Shown in pieces: positions 1-14,702 of a stretch of 64,000 bases of DNA. The number at the start of each line of letters is the position of its first letter. Positions within the stretch are counted from its first letter, which is position 1. The translations under genes and the position numbers were made by a program. This stretch comes from Neocallimastix sp. 'constans' (lineage: Eukaryota), in the NCBI GenBank assembly GCA_050613775.1, contig JBODTK010000016.1:124001-188000 (forward strand), read 5' to 3'. The notes beneath the pieces were generated by a model. The model was not told the DNA's origin, made no database searches, and saw nothing but the letters and a program-made list of their open reading frames with translations.

Positions 1-559
1 TATTATATGTATAATGTGGCTTATATATTGATTTACATACAATAAATTTCAATACATTCGAATTATTTCTCATTATTTCATATATTCTAACAATATAATT
101 TTTTTTTTTTTTACGAATTATTTATTATAATTTTTTTTTTTTTTTTTTTATCGCCGCATTTATTGCAAACTTTAATCTTTATTTATTTATTTATTTATTA
201 ATTAATTACATGAATATTTTTTAATATTAATAAAAATAATAAAAAAAAAATATATAAATATTATTGGTCCAATTAGAACATAATAATATTTAAAATAGTA
301 ATTTGAAATAAAAAGTAATATTCAAAATCGAGTGTATAAATAAATTCAGAAAAAAAGTTCATATGCAACGAACCTCACCTCTGAATTATTTATTCTGGAT
401 TAGGGTTTGAACTGACTATCTGAAAGAAATTATGATACTTATTATAAATATAATAAAGAATCAAATTAAAATTAAAACATATTTAAAAATTATAAAAATT
501 TTTAATTCTCATTTTGGAAAGGATTGAATTAATTTTATAAATTTCATCATTTTTTTCTA

Positions 560-594
<35 letters not shown>

Positions 595-724
595 GTTTTA
601 ATATAAACATATATTTAAAAAAGATTTGTAATTAGTTTATGTGATATATAAAAATTAATTAATTTATAAATAAAACATATTTATATATTTTATATAATAT
701 ACTAAATAAAAAAGAGAGATTAAA

Positions 725-2138
725 TTAAATTTTTTTACCTCGAAATATATTAAATCTACTATATTCTTTTTGTCTTCTAAGTTTTTCAAGTTTTTCAAGT
801 TTTTCTTGTTTTTCTTGTTTTTCTTGTTCAATTGTTTTCTTTAAATCTTCGAAAAAGTCTTTAGGAAGTATATTTTTGGGGAAAGAATGTGGTGTATTGA
901 AATATTTTTCACCATCTAATTTAAAACTACCATTTTGTATAATGTCCGTAATAATTTTGCTCCAGTGAACATTGGTTCTTAAAGTTTCCATATTACCAAT
1001 AATAATTAAGGAATTTCGAGCTCGAGTAAGAGAAACATTAACTCGATTAGCATTTCTTAAGAATCCAATTTTCCCATCAGATTGAACTGTTGATAAAATA
1101 ACAATATCATTTTCTTGTCCTTGGTAACTATCGACAGTATTGACTTGAATATTTTTAAAAATATTAGCTTTCTTTAAAAGTTCTTTAAATCTTTTATCAC
1201 TTTCTAAATCAATCATTTCATCATAAAATGAAAATATATTGTTACTGCTTCGATATTTAGTCATTTCTAAAAAATCATTTAACGTATCTTCATAATATTC
1301 TCTTAATTTCTTTTTAATTAGTGATACTTGAGCACTATAAATTGTAATGATAGAAATTCTTTTAGAGAAACAAATATTTGAATAGCAATGTAAAAGTTCA
1401 TTAATACAATTAATAACAAGTTGAGCTTCTTTTTCATTACTTATGGATGAATTATTATTTTGAGTAGTATTCCCTTTTACATTATAAAATACAAGAGGTC
1501 CAAATTTTTTATTATCTTTACACCATTCGCCTATCCATTCTTTGGATTTAACATTTTCACCATCGGAAATTTTATTATCATAAAATGCTTTATTGGCAAG
1601 TCTACTAATATCTGGATGCATACGATATTGAACATTTAAGAGAGTGAGTTCACTCTTAGATCTTTTATAAATACGTTCAAATAAACTTCTTCCATAATTA
1701 CATTTTTGTAATTTATCAGATTTAACGGTTGGTGGAAGTTGTTTAGGATCACCAATTAAAACAACTTGATGAATATTATAAGTGAAAGGAATTAAGGTAG
1801 TTAATTCAATTTTTCATTGAAAGATCTTAATTCCTCCTTACATTCTATAAGAAATAATGGTTCTATTACCTTTATATATGTAGAAATACATTTTCAATAT
1901 AAAATTATATTTTTAATTATATGTATTAGTTTATTTGAATACTAATTTTATTATATATATAGATAATTACATCATCGTAATCCTGCATAGAATCATAAGT
2001 ATCTTTTAGAATAGGAAAACTTTTTCTCCTTACGTCCGCATATGGATCTTTAGTTAATTTCCAATTATATTGACTTTGTGAACAAGCAAAATAGAAATCT
2101 TTGGAATATTTTTTATCTTTATTTTGTGAACTTAACAT
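725..2138 (-). pseudogene. Sen1-like SF1B helicase, copy 1, with an internal deletion and premature stop
   Basis: Exon 1 (2138-1971) and the start of exon 2 (1869) match copy 2. At ~1804-1808 the sequence jumps from 'NEKLN' straight into the region coding 'ELTTLIP', which removes Walker A and DEACQ and creates an in-frame TAA. The C-terminal half (QYRMHP, TVDSYQGQE, RVNVSLTRAR) is retained, with STVR changed to STVQ. Confidence 0.88.
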
Positions 2139-2292
2139 TTGCTTTTACTAAAATATTTTAATTTATAAAACTTTAAAAAAAAAAAAAAGGATAATTTTTT
2201 ATCTTTTATATAAATATTTAATAAAAAAGGCAGAAGTATATGATTGGCACTGAAGCTATGATTGATTCTTTACCAGAAAGTGTCTAAAAATC

Positions 2293-2323
<31 letters not shown>

Positions 2324-3227
2324 TAAATATATTTATTAAAATATTTAATAATTATTTGACCAATAATATATTATATTATATAATATTATATTCAAATATC
2401 AAATTTTAATATAAATTCTTAATGGACATTAAAAATTTTAATTTTAAAAAAAAGTTAAGTTTAAGGTCCATAAATTTTAATCTATATATTTTTTAAATTT
2501 AAATTAATAATATATTATATATTATAATTAAAAATAATAATTATCGATAAGAAAATAACTAGGGTAGGGGTTAATAATAAAATATAATAATTTAATGTAT
2601 GAAATTAATATATAGAAATTGTATTCTTGTGAAAATACGATTATGATTATTAATTTATTAATAATTTAAGTTAATAAAGAAATTATAAATATAATAAAAA
2701 TATATTAATAATTTAGAACTTTGTTCTATAATAATAATAATAATAATAAAATACAAGTAAACTTTTGTTTATTTAGAAGAAGAAAATTAAACAAAAGAAA
2801 AAAAAGAGGAAATTTAATAATAAAATATTAATATTAATAAATAATTTATATAAAACTAACAAATATAAGTAATAATAAAATGTTTATTAATTATTTGTAT
2901 TGTTTATAAAATTATTTTATTTTTATTTGTAGTTAACATTAAATATATTAAAAACTATTATTTATATTTAAAGGGTAAATATAAATAATAAAGGTTACTT
3001 TACAAGTACTTTAACGAAGTAATAAAGTGGTCTCGTTTGTATAAAATTTTCTTTATACTAGAGTGTTTGGAAAGAAATTTATCAATTATATTAAATAAAA
3101 AAAAATTCAAATAATATAAATATAAAGTAATATAGATAATAAAAATTAAATATGAACAAAAAAATATATTATAATCTATAAAATATATATATAAATATAT
3201 TTAATCGAAAAACTTTTTTTTACTTAA

Positions 3228-3393
<166 letters not shown>

Positions 3394-3545
3394 GAACAAA
3401 GTAATTATTAATATATTTTTAATATATTTATAATTTCTTAATTAACTTAAATTATTAATAAAATTATAATCATAATCATATTTTCACAATAATACAATTT
3501 GTATACATTAATTTCATTTTTTTTTTTTTTTTATTTTTTTTATTT

Positions 3546-3637
3546 CCGGTGTGTACCGCCCTATGCCCCCCTCAAGGCATGGGAATATTAAGGTAGTCAC
3601 AACACTTCGTGTGCTATAGCACAGGCGGATATATAGT
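3546..3637 (+). mobile_element. GC-rich structured island, possible Helitron 3' terminus
   Basis: Palindrome TGTGC-TATA-GCACA (3610-3623) followed ~10 nt later by ATAG|T, resembling the Helitron hairpin plus CTAG|T end. A second hairpin is CCTATGCC/GGCATGGG. Confidence 0.35.
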
Positions 3638-4139
3638 CATTAATTTCATAAAATGTTATATTTTATTATTAAATTACTTATTTTCTTATCAATGTCCATT
3701 AATGTTATAATTAAGGTTTTTAAATAGTATATATTTTTATTATATAAAATTTTGTTATGAATAAAACATAGGAAAAAAGGAAAAATAAAAATTATACAAT
3801 AATTTTAAAAGAAAAAAAATAGAACTTTTTCTCTTTATCTTTTATTTTATATCTTCAAATTTTTTTATTATTATTTTTTAATTTTTTATTTTTTTTTAAT
3901 TTTTTTTTTTTTTTTAATTTTTTTTTTTTTTTTAATTTTTTATTTTTTTTTAATTTTTTATTTTTTTTTAATTTTTTATTTTTTTTTAATTTTTTACTTT
4001 TAAAACTATTATTTGTTATTGTTATATTTAAAAAGGTATAAAATAAACTTTTTTTTTTCAAAATAGTTAAAATAATTTATAAAATAGATATAAATAAATA
4101 AATATATATATATATTATTGCTATTTTTACATTGCTTGA

Positions 4140-4291
<152 letters not shown>

Positions 4292-4522
4292 GTTTTAATA
4301 AAGTATATATATACATTATTAATTTATTTTTTGCAAAAAATTTCATTTTATTTTATTTTTTTATTTTTTTTTTTTCAAATTATTTATAAAGATATTAAAT
4401 TAAATTAATATTAAAATATATTTAAAAATTTAAAAATTATTTATTCTCATTTTGGAAAAGATTGAATTAATTTGATAAATTTCATCAATTTCTAATATTT
4501 TTTTTAAGAAAAAATATAAATA

Positions 4523-7317
4523 TTAATATAAATATAAATTTAAAAAAGATTTGTAATTAGTTAATGTGATATTTATACATTTTATATAATATACTAAATA
4601 AAAAAGAGAGATTAAATTAAATTTTTTACCTTGAAACATATCAAATGTACTATATTCTTTTTGCATTATAAGTTTTTTATGTTTTTCAAGTTTTTCTTGT
4701 TTTTCTTGTTTTTCTTGTTCAATTGTTTTCTTTAAATCTTCAAAAAAGTCTTTAGGAAGTATATTTTTGGGGAAAGAATGTGGTGTATTGAAATATTGTT
4801 CACCATCTAATTTAAAACTACCATTTAGTAAAATATCCTTAATAATTTTGTTCCAGTGACCATTGGTACATAAAGTTTTCACATTACCAATAATAATTAA
4901 AGAATTTCGAGCTCGGGTAAGAGAAACATTAACTCGATTAGCATTTCTTAAGAATCCAATTTTCCCATCAGATCGAACTGTTGATAAAATAACAATATCA
5001 TTTTCTTGTCCTTGGTAACTATCGACAGTATTGACTTGAATATTTTTAAAGATATTAGCTTTCTTTAAAAGTTCTTTAAATCTTCTATCACTTTCTAAAT
5101 CAATCATTTCATCATAAAATGAAAATATATTGTTACTGCTTCGATATTTAGTCATTTCTAAAAAATCATTTAACGTATCTTCATAATATTCTCTTAATTT
5201 CTTTTTAATTAGTGATACTTGAGCATTATAAAATGTAATGATAGAAATTCTTTTAGAGAAACAAATATTTGAATAGCTATGTAAGAGTTCGTTAATACAA
5301 TTAATAACAAGTTGAGCTTCTTCTTCATTACTTATGGATGAATTATTATTTTGAGTAGTATTCCCTTTTACATCATAAAATACAAGAGGTCCAAATTTTT
5401 TATTATTTTTACACCATTCACCTATCCATTCTTTGGATTTAACATTTTCACCATCGAAAATTTTATTATCATAAAATGCTTTATTGGCAAGTCTACTAAT
5501 ATCTGGATGCATACGATATTGAACATTTAAGAGAGTGAGTTCACTCTTAGATCTTTTATAAATACGTTCAAATAAACTTCTTCCATAATTACATTTTTGT
5601 AATTTACCAGATTTAACGGTTGGTGGAAGTTGTTTAGGATCACCAATTAAAACAATTTGAGGAATATTATAAGTGAAAGGAATTAAGGTAGTTAATTCAG
5701 TAGCTTGACATGCTTCATCAATAATTAAAAAACCAAATCCTAAATTTTCGATACATCTGTTACCACTACTACATAATGTACAAACAATGACATTGGCTTC
5801 CCTTAATTCCTTACTTAATTCATGCTCATCTAAATCATTATCAGCACAATATCTAAATGATTTAATATATTCTTTATCTTTTTCTTCTATATAAAAAAAG
5901 ATATATATGTATATAATAAAAAATTTGTTTATATTATTTATATATAATTAATAAAATTTAAATTAATCATCCAAATTTTATTATTTTATATTTGTTATCA
6001 TTATTTATTATTATCATTATTATTATTTAATATTTCATTGATTTACCTTTTTTTAATCTTCTAATAATTTCATCACAAGCATAATTACTTGGAGCACAGA
6101 CAAGAATTTTTGATTCATTTCCAGTAAGAATATTATATTGTAATTCTCGATCAATAATCGCAACAAGTACTGAAGTTTTACCTGTACCAGGTGGACCATG
6201 AATTAATGAAATCTTTCTATCTTTAACTTTAGTTAAGGCAGATGCTTGAGATTCATTTAATTTGTATTCATTAATCACATTTTGTGTAATATTGGTATAT
6301 TCTGGTCCAAAATATTTTATGCTTCTATTACTTATATTGCTAATTTTCCCACTGGTAATAATTTTACAAATAGGTAAGGAAGAATTTTCAACAAAATAAT
6401 TTAAGGTTCTATATTCTTTTATAATTGCTCCGAAGGACATGATATGAATACAAATCCATTGTCCTCTTTCTCTAATAATTTCATATTGAAGTTTCTCAAT
6501 TTTTTCGCGAGGCATACGGGTCATACAAAATGTATTTATTTTATCATCAAGAGATAAGATATTTCCTAAATTTAATGATCTCATTTTTTTAATAAAATCA
6601 TCATCATCATCATTATTTTCAGAATCAGAACTATCTAAAGAAAAAGTAGATTCATCACTGTTATTGTCTTTTACTATACTATCAGATTTTCTGTAAAACA
6701 TAAGGGTATCAAAGTATATAGTTTTGAAATCATCACTAATTTTTGCTAAATAAAGTAAATCATTCCTTTTTATTTCACCAGAAGATCTTGGTTCTTTATA
6801 TTTTCTTTTTTTATTATGGATAAAATCCATTCCATCATATCCAGATAAAAAATAGTAAGGCATAACAATTTTTAAATAATAGGTAGGATTATCAAATAGA
6901 AGCAATGAATCATTATTACTTTTAAAAGCTTTTATATCAACTTTAACAGCAAGCGCTTTGAAGTTTATTTTTTTCTCATTCAATTTTTCATTGAAAGATC
7001 TTAATTCTTCTTTACATTCTATATGAAATAATGGTTCTATTACCTTTATATATGTAAAAATACATTTTCAATATAAAATTATAATTTTAATTATATTTAT
7101 ATATATTAATTTATTTAATACTAATTTTATTATATATATAGATAATTACATCATCGTAATCCTGCATAGAATCATAAGTATCTTTTAGAATAGGAAAACT
7201 TTTTCTCCTTACGTCCGAATATGGATCTTTAGTTAATTTCCAATTATATGGACTTTGTGAGCAAGCAAAATAGAAATCTTTGGAATCTTTTTTATTTTTA
7301 TCTTGTGAACTTAACAT
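4523..7317 (-). CDS. Sen1/senataxin-like SF1B (Upf1-family) helicase, copy 2, intact, 3 exons, ~842 aa
   Basis: Exons 7317-7150, 7043-6047 and 5886-4523 with GT-AG introns splice in frame (2529 nt). Motifs: HGPPGTGKT, LVCAPSNYACDE, IIDEACQATEL, GDPKQLPPTV, SLFER, QYRMHP, TVDSYQGQE, NRVNVSLTRAR. Confidence 0.92.
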
Positions 7318-7366
7318 TTTTTATTTTATTAATTATTAATAATGTGGTAAAAAGTAGAGAATATTG

Positions 7367-7397
<31 letters not shown>

Positions 7398-8029
7398 TAT
7401 TTAATTTTTATAAAAAGTTAATATATTACTATAATAATTTATTTAGCAAAAAAAAAAAAAAAATGAATAATTTATTTTCTTTTTATATAAATAAAAATAA
7501 TAGAATATTATATATATTTAAATTTTAAATTTAATATTTTTTTTTTTTAATTATAAAAATATTTAATAATTATTTTTATATAATAATATAATATATTATA
7601 TTATATTATATTATATTATTATATATTTTATTATATTATATTATATTATATTCAAATAACAAAATTTAATATAAACTACGTGTTGGACATTAATAATATA
7701 AAATAATTATTATACTATAATTTAATAATTAAAAATTCTGTATATCTCATATGTCTATTTTTTTTTTTTTTTTTAAATTTAAATAAATATACAATTAAAT
7801 ATATTATTAAAAAATATAGTTTAATTTTATTATAAATAAAAAAAAAAAAAAAAAAAAAAATACAAGAATCAAATAATAAAATAATAAAGCAATTAAAATA
7901 ATAAAAGTTAAATAAGAATAAAAAATGCATTATATCAATAAAGAAAAGTGTATAAAAATATATATTTTCGATAACAGTTCATGCCAAGTTTGAATGTAGA
8001 ATATTCATAATATCAAAAATTATAAATTC

Positions 8030-8360
8030 CTTTCGTTTAACAACTAGTGTAGCATATTTACTGATTTCAAAGGTCATTTCATTTTTTGATACCCCATATC
8101 GTAAGTATTATTTAAAAGTTAACAAAAGAGAATTTCGTATAGACCAATAAGGCAATATCGTCAGCAAATAAGTCACTTCATCATTTTTTTTTCTTTCAAT
8201 AATTATAGCATTTCTTAGATTTATCAAAATATGTCATTGATAAATATTTTAATTAAAATAAGTACTAAAAGACATCCTTGGTGAACACCACTATGTATTG
8301 GTGTATTAGAAATTCTTTTTATAAATTATCTTAAAATTTATATGAACTTTCGAAGTAAGG
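8030..8360 (-). mobile_element. Degenerate non-LTR retrotransposon (LINE) reverse transcriptase fragment
   Basis: Minus-strand translation gives PIHSGVHQGCLL..IFINDIF (GVxQGxPLS motif, 8289-8275), LFADDIALL (8168-8157) and WG..EMTFEISKYATLVV. Stops and frameshifts are present. Confidence 0.85.
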
Positions 8361-10155
8361 AATAAATTTTAATAATTATTAAGAAATTTCTAGATATAAT
8401 AAATATTAATGTTACTGGATAAATTCTGTAATTTTTTTTTTTTTAATCGAAATTATTGCAAACTTTAATTTTATTTATTTATTTATTTATTTATTTATTA
8501 ATTACAGGAATATTTTTTTTTAAAATAAATACAGAATAAATAAAAAAAATAAATATTATTTGTCCAATTTGAACATAATAATTATAAATAGTAATGTGAA
8601 ATAAAAGTAATATTCAAAATAAAGTTAGCCTGTCTTATTTTCATTTTCAACGTTAATGTTCCTAGTTAGTTTGTGTTTATTCCATTGGAATAGCAATTCT
8701 TATTGAATACAGACCATTTGTTACAACCATCAGAATCAGTACTTGATTCTATATTATTCATACAGTGTTTACATTACTGTTTAATATCTAGCAATATTTG
8801 GTAATAACAAAAAATTTTCCATAAAGAATTTCAAATCGAGAATTACTATTTTTTCTATATCAAAAAATTTCTTTGATATTTCCTATTTTTTTTTTTTTGT
8901 ATAAATGATAAGAAAATAACTAATTTAATAATAAAATATAATATTTTAATGTATGAAAAATTAATGTATAATTCTCATGAAATATAGTTATAATTTTATT
9001 AATAATTTAAGTTAATTAAGAAGTTATAAATAAATTAATATATTTATAATAGTAAATATATTAAATTGTAAAAATAATTTAAAACTCTGTTCTATAATAA
9101 TAATAATAAAATACAAGTAAATTTTTGTTTATGAAGAGAAGTAAACAAAAGAAAAGAAAGAGGAAATTTAATAATGAAATATTAATATTAATAAATAATA
9201 TATATAAAACTAACTAGTATAATTAATAATGCATGTATATTAGTTATTAGTGTTGTTTATAATATAAAATTATTTTATTTTTATTTGTAGTTTACGTTAA
9301 ATATATTAAAAACTATTATTTATATTTAAAGTAAATATTAATAATAAAGGTTACTTTACAAGTACTTTAACGAAGTAATAAAGTGGTCTCGCTTGCCTGT
9401 ATAAATTTTTCTTTAATAAAGTAGAGTATTTGGAGAGAAATTATCAATATCTATAATTATATTAAATTATAATAATAATAACAAATGTCAAAATTTGTAA
9501 ATATGGAAATTTATAAATATGTATAAAATATATTTTAGATTTATAAGAACCATATTTTTTAGATAAATATATTATTTTAAGAAAGAATATATTCACAATA
9601 TATTATTTTATTTAAAAAAAAAAAAAAAAACAATAATAATAAATATAAAATTATAAAATTAATAAATTAAATAAAATTGATAATGTCCAGTAATAATTAT
9701 TATAATTTAGGTTTTTAAATAGTAAATATTTTATTATATAAATAAATTAAAAAAAAAATGTATAAAACATATTTTAGATTTGCAAGAACCAAATCTTTTA
9801 ATATAAATATATTAATTTAAACAATACATTCACAATATATTATTATTATATTTTATAAAAAAAAAAATAAATTAAAATTAATATTGTCCATTAATAATTA
9901 TTATAATTAAGGTTTTTAAAGATTATTTATTTTTAAAATAAATATTTGTAATAAATAAATAAATAAATAATAAAAAAAAAAGAGGAAAAATAAAATATAC
10001 AATTAATTAATAATTTTATTTGAAAAAATAGATCTTTTATTTTTTATTTTTCATTTTTCATTTTTTTTATTTTTTTTTTTTATTTTTTATTTTTTTTTAT
10101 TTTTTATTTTTTTTTATTTTTTTATTTTTTTATTTTTTTATATACCATTTTTTTC

Positions 10156-12238
10156 ACTCTTGTCCTTGGAAATTATCGACAGTATTGACTTGAATATTAA
10201 AAATATTAGCTTTCTTTAAAAGTTCATAAATGTTGAATCATTACCTAAATTAATCATTTCATCATAAAATGAAAATATCTTATTTCTGCTTCAATATTTG
10301 ATCATTTCTAAAAAATCATTTAACGTATCATTATAATTTTTTCTTAATTTCTCTTTAATTAATGATATTTGAGCATTAAAATATGTAATGATAGAAATTC
10401 TTTTAGAGAAACAAATATTTGAATAGCTATGTAAAAGTTCATTAATACAATTAATAACAAGTTGAGCTTCTTTTTCATTACTTATGGATGAATTATTATT
10501 TTGAGTAGTATTCCCTTTTACATCATAAAATACAAGAGGTCCAAAAATTTTATTATCTTTATACCATTCACCTATTCATTCATCGGATTTAACATTTTCA
10601 CCATTGGAAATTTTATTATCATAAAATGCTTTATTGGCAAGTCTACTAACATCAGGATGCATACGATATTGAATATTTAAAAGAGTGAGTTTACTCTAAG
10701 ATCTTTTATAAATACGTTAAAATAAACTTCTACCATAATTACATTGATTTAATTTATCAAATTTAACGATTGGTGGAAGTTATTTAGAATCACCAATTAA
10801 AACAACTTGAGGAATAATATAAATGAAAGGAATTAAAATAATTAATTCAGTAGCTTGACATGCTTCATCAATAATTAAAAAACCAAATCCTATATTTTTG
10901 ATACATCTGTTACCACTACTACATAATGTACAATGACATTGACTTCCTTTAATTCCATACTTAATTCATGCTCATCTAAATCATTATCAGCACAATATCT
11001 AAATGATTTAATTATCTTTTTCTCTATATAATAAAAGTAATATATAACAAAAAATATGTATAAATTATCTATATATAATTAATAATATTTATATTAATAA
11101 TTCAACTTTTATTATTTTGTATTTATTATTATTTTTATTTTTATTATTATCAATATTATTATTTATTTATTATTTTTATTTTGAATTTATTATTATTATT
11201 ATTTATTATTTTATTAATTTACCTTTTTTTATCCTCTAATAATTTTATCACAAGCATAATTATTTGGAGCACAGACAAGAATTTTTGAATCATTTCCAGT
11301 AAGATTATTAAAGTGTAATTCTCGATCAATAATCGCAACAAGTACTGAAGTTTTACTTGTACCAGGTAGACCATGAATTAATGATATCACTCTACCTTTA
11401 ACTTTACATAAAGCAGATGCTTGAGATTTATTTAATTTATATAGCTTTTAATCACACTTTTTGTAATATTGGTATATTCTGGTCCAATATTACAAAAAGT
11501 GTGATTAATGATACTATCAATTTTTCCACTGATAAAAATTTTACAAATAGGTAAGGAAGAATTTTCAACTAAATAATTTAAGGTTCTATATTCTTTTAAA
11601 ATTGCTCTGAAGGACATAAGATGAATACAAATCCATTATCCTCTTTCTTTAATAATTTCATATTGAAGTCTATCAATTTTTTCAGAGGATATACAGGTCA
11701 TGCAAATTATATTTAATTTATCATCAGGAGATATAGTGTTTCATAAATTTAATGATCTCATTTTTTTAATAAAATCATCATCAACATCATCATCATCAAA
11801 ATCAGAACTATCTAAAAAAAATTAGATTCATCGTTTTTTCACTTAAAAGCTTTTATATCAACATTAACAGCATGAGCTTTGAAATTTATGTTTTTCTCAT
11901 TCAATTTTTTATTGAAAGATTTTAATTATTCATTACATTTTATATGAAATAATGTTTCTATTGCTAATGTATATTTATAAATATATTTTCAATATAAAAT
12001 TTTATTTTTAATTATAATTGTATATATGAGTTTATTTAATACTAATTTTATTAGATATATAGATGATTACATTATCGTACTCCTGCATAGAATGATAAGT
12101 ATCTTTTATAATAGAAAAAAAAATTCCCTTATATCAGAATATGAATTTGAAGTTAATTTCTAACTATAAGGACTTTGTGAACATGAAAAATAGAAATCTT
12201 TGAAGTCTTTTTTATCTTTATTTTTAGAACTTAAACAT
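10156..12238 (-). pseudogene. Sen1-like helicase, copy 3, decayed and 3'-truncated
   Basis: Collinear with copies 2 and 4. There is a frameshift just after the ATG, an internal deletion near 11830, Walker A mutated to HGLPGTSKT and multiple stops. It ends at VDNFQGQE* (~10156), so motif VI is missing. Confidence 0.9.
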
Positions 12239-13079
12239 TTTTTTATTAACTATTAATAATAATGTAAAAAGTAGTGAATATATATATATATATAATTTTT
12301 ATTTTTATTTTTATTTTTATTTTTTTTAAACTTTTATAAAAAGTTAATATGTAATTATTAATTTAATTATATAATACTTTCAAAAAAAAAATTGGATAAT
12401 TTATTTTTTTTATATATACACAATATGTATATATATATTTTTAAAAAAATTTTAAAGCTTATTTTTTTTTTTTTTTTATATTATAATATTATATTCAAAT
12501 ATCAAACTTTAATATAAACAATAATTTAATAATACAAATTTCTGGACTTTATGTTTTTGTTTTTTTGTTTTGTTTTTGTTTTTTCGTTTTTTTGGTATTT
12601 TTTTTTTTTTTAAATTTAAAAAAAAAAATATTATTAAAAATATAATAAAAAATAAAAAAAAAATAAAGAAAATAAAATATTCCATTTTAACAATAAAGAA
12701 ATTAATTTTGATAATAAAAATTAAATAGGAATAAAAAATTTATTTTATCAATAAAATAAAAATAAATATATATGTATTCGGTAGACGGTTCATGGTTTTA
12801 ATATCATTGTATAGTTTATTCAGAGTACTTTCAGAAAATGTATTAGATTTTTGAATTTAAAGTTGCGTCAGATTTTTAATTTATAATTTTAGTATTGTTT
12901 GTAATTGAATTTTTTATTAATTACTTTTTGTCATGAGCAACATGACATCGAGAAATAATTAATAAAATATATTGAACAATATTATTATTCTGAAGCGTTA
13001 TTTTGTAAAGTGATGTCAAATGATTTAAAAATAAATTGCAATTACCTTATTTAACAATCCTAATTCCGGAAGATTCCAT

Positions 13080-13498
13080 ACCAGTAAATAATTTAAATAA
13101 TCTTTAAGGGCAAAAGGAAAATCTTCTTCTCTTTTTGCCTTTACTTTATTTAATATATTCATCTATTGTGACATATCATTTTCAGCCACTTCATATTCTC
13201 CTCTTAAATAACTTATAATTGCAAAAGAGTATTCATTCCAATTATATCTTCATGAATTTTTTTATTTATGGTATTTTTGTTAATATAACGGACTTTTGTA
13301 ATTTTTTTTTTTTTTAAATTCTTTTAGATCATATGCAGCTGTTTTCTTTTCATACTTTTGTTTTTTATATACTACATCTGTAGTTAAATATTCCTCCAAA
13401 TCATTTTCTCTGAGGATGTCCTTTAAACTATCATATCATATTTTAAAAAATTTTCCACACAATATGACTTCCTTTTTGAAAGTAATTAAGTGGTTCAT
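13080..13498 (-). mobile_element. Degenerate Ty1/copia-type Gag fragment
   Basis: Translation ..LCGKFFKI*YDSLKDILRENDLEEYL..KVRYINKNTINKKIHEDII..AIISYLRGEYE fits the copia Gag N-terminal pattern (LxGxNYxxWxxxMxxxL...L..Y). Stops and frameshifts are present. Confidence 0.55.
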
Positions 13499-14205
13499 TC
13501 GATAAATTTTTAATTTAAAATTAATATTATAATGACTATAATAGATTCAATAATTATATAGTTATTCTACAATTTTAAATTTTAATATTTCGTTAAAATT
13601 TCATTAAAACTTTAAAATGCCAATGTTCGCATAAGAAAAAATAAATAGATTATAAATAACGTAATAATTAATAATAGAAAACAAATTAATTTAGGATTAT
13701 ACGTTTTATAAAAAAAAAAAAGATTTTTATTAACAATAAAAAATAATATAAAATTACATTTAAATTTATTTATTACTAAACTATAAACTAAACTATCTTT
13801 ATATTATCTAATTTTATTATTTTGTTTATTATTATATTTGAATTTTTTTTTTATTATTACAGGATTCTATTCTTGCTTTTACACCTATTTATACTTTTAG
13901 CAAAGTTAAAGTTGGTGGCATTTTAAGAATATTTTAGAATAAAATAAAATATTTATATTGAATTAAAATTAATAATATAGTTTTAATTATTATTTTAATG
14001 AATAATTAATTCATATTATTATATTATTTTATGTGAATCCATACACATGATATCTAATAATTTACATTTAATTATTGATTAATATAAATAATGTTAATTT
14101 ACATTTTAATTTCAGTTTTTTAAATATATATTTATTATTTATATTTTAATAAGATATATGATAATTTCATTTATTTTTTAAATAGTGCAAAAAAATTTTA
14201 GTTTA

Positions 14206-14339
14206 TATTTATAATTATTTATTATAAGGTTTTTAAAAATTCATTTTAAAATCAAAACATATTTAATAATTTTAAAAATTTGATATTTCCATCTTCGGAA
14301 AAGATTGAATTAATTTGATTAAATTCATTAATATCTATT

Positions 14340-14373
<34 letters not shown>

Positions 14374-14670
14374 AAGTATTAAATATAAATTTAAAAAACA
14401 TTTATAATTAGTAAATATGATATATTAAAATTAATTTATTAATAATACATATTAATATAAAAATATGGAACTCTAAAAAAATAAAAAAAAAAAATTAATT
14501 GAATTTTTTACCTTTTAATACTTTAATTATATCAAGTTATTTATAATTATTTATTATAAGGTTTTTAAAAATTCATTTTAAAATCAAAACATATTTAATA
14601 ATTTTAAAAATTTGATATTTTCATCTTCGGAAAAGATTGAATTAATTTGATTAAATTCATTAATATCTAT

Positions 14671-14702
<32 letters not shown>

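Noticed and set aside
330..430. Higher-GC patch near the window start
   Set aside because: No recognisable motif or frame; probably a transposon scrap, but not supportable.
8660..8790. Possible fungal dockerin (CBM10) remnant, CKHC..TDSDGCNKWSV on the minus strand
   Set aside because: Motif spacing is a poor fit and the match is too short.
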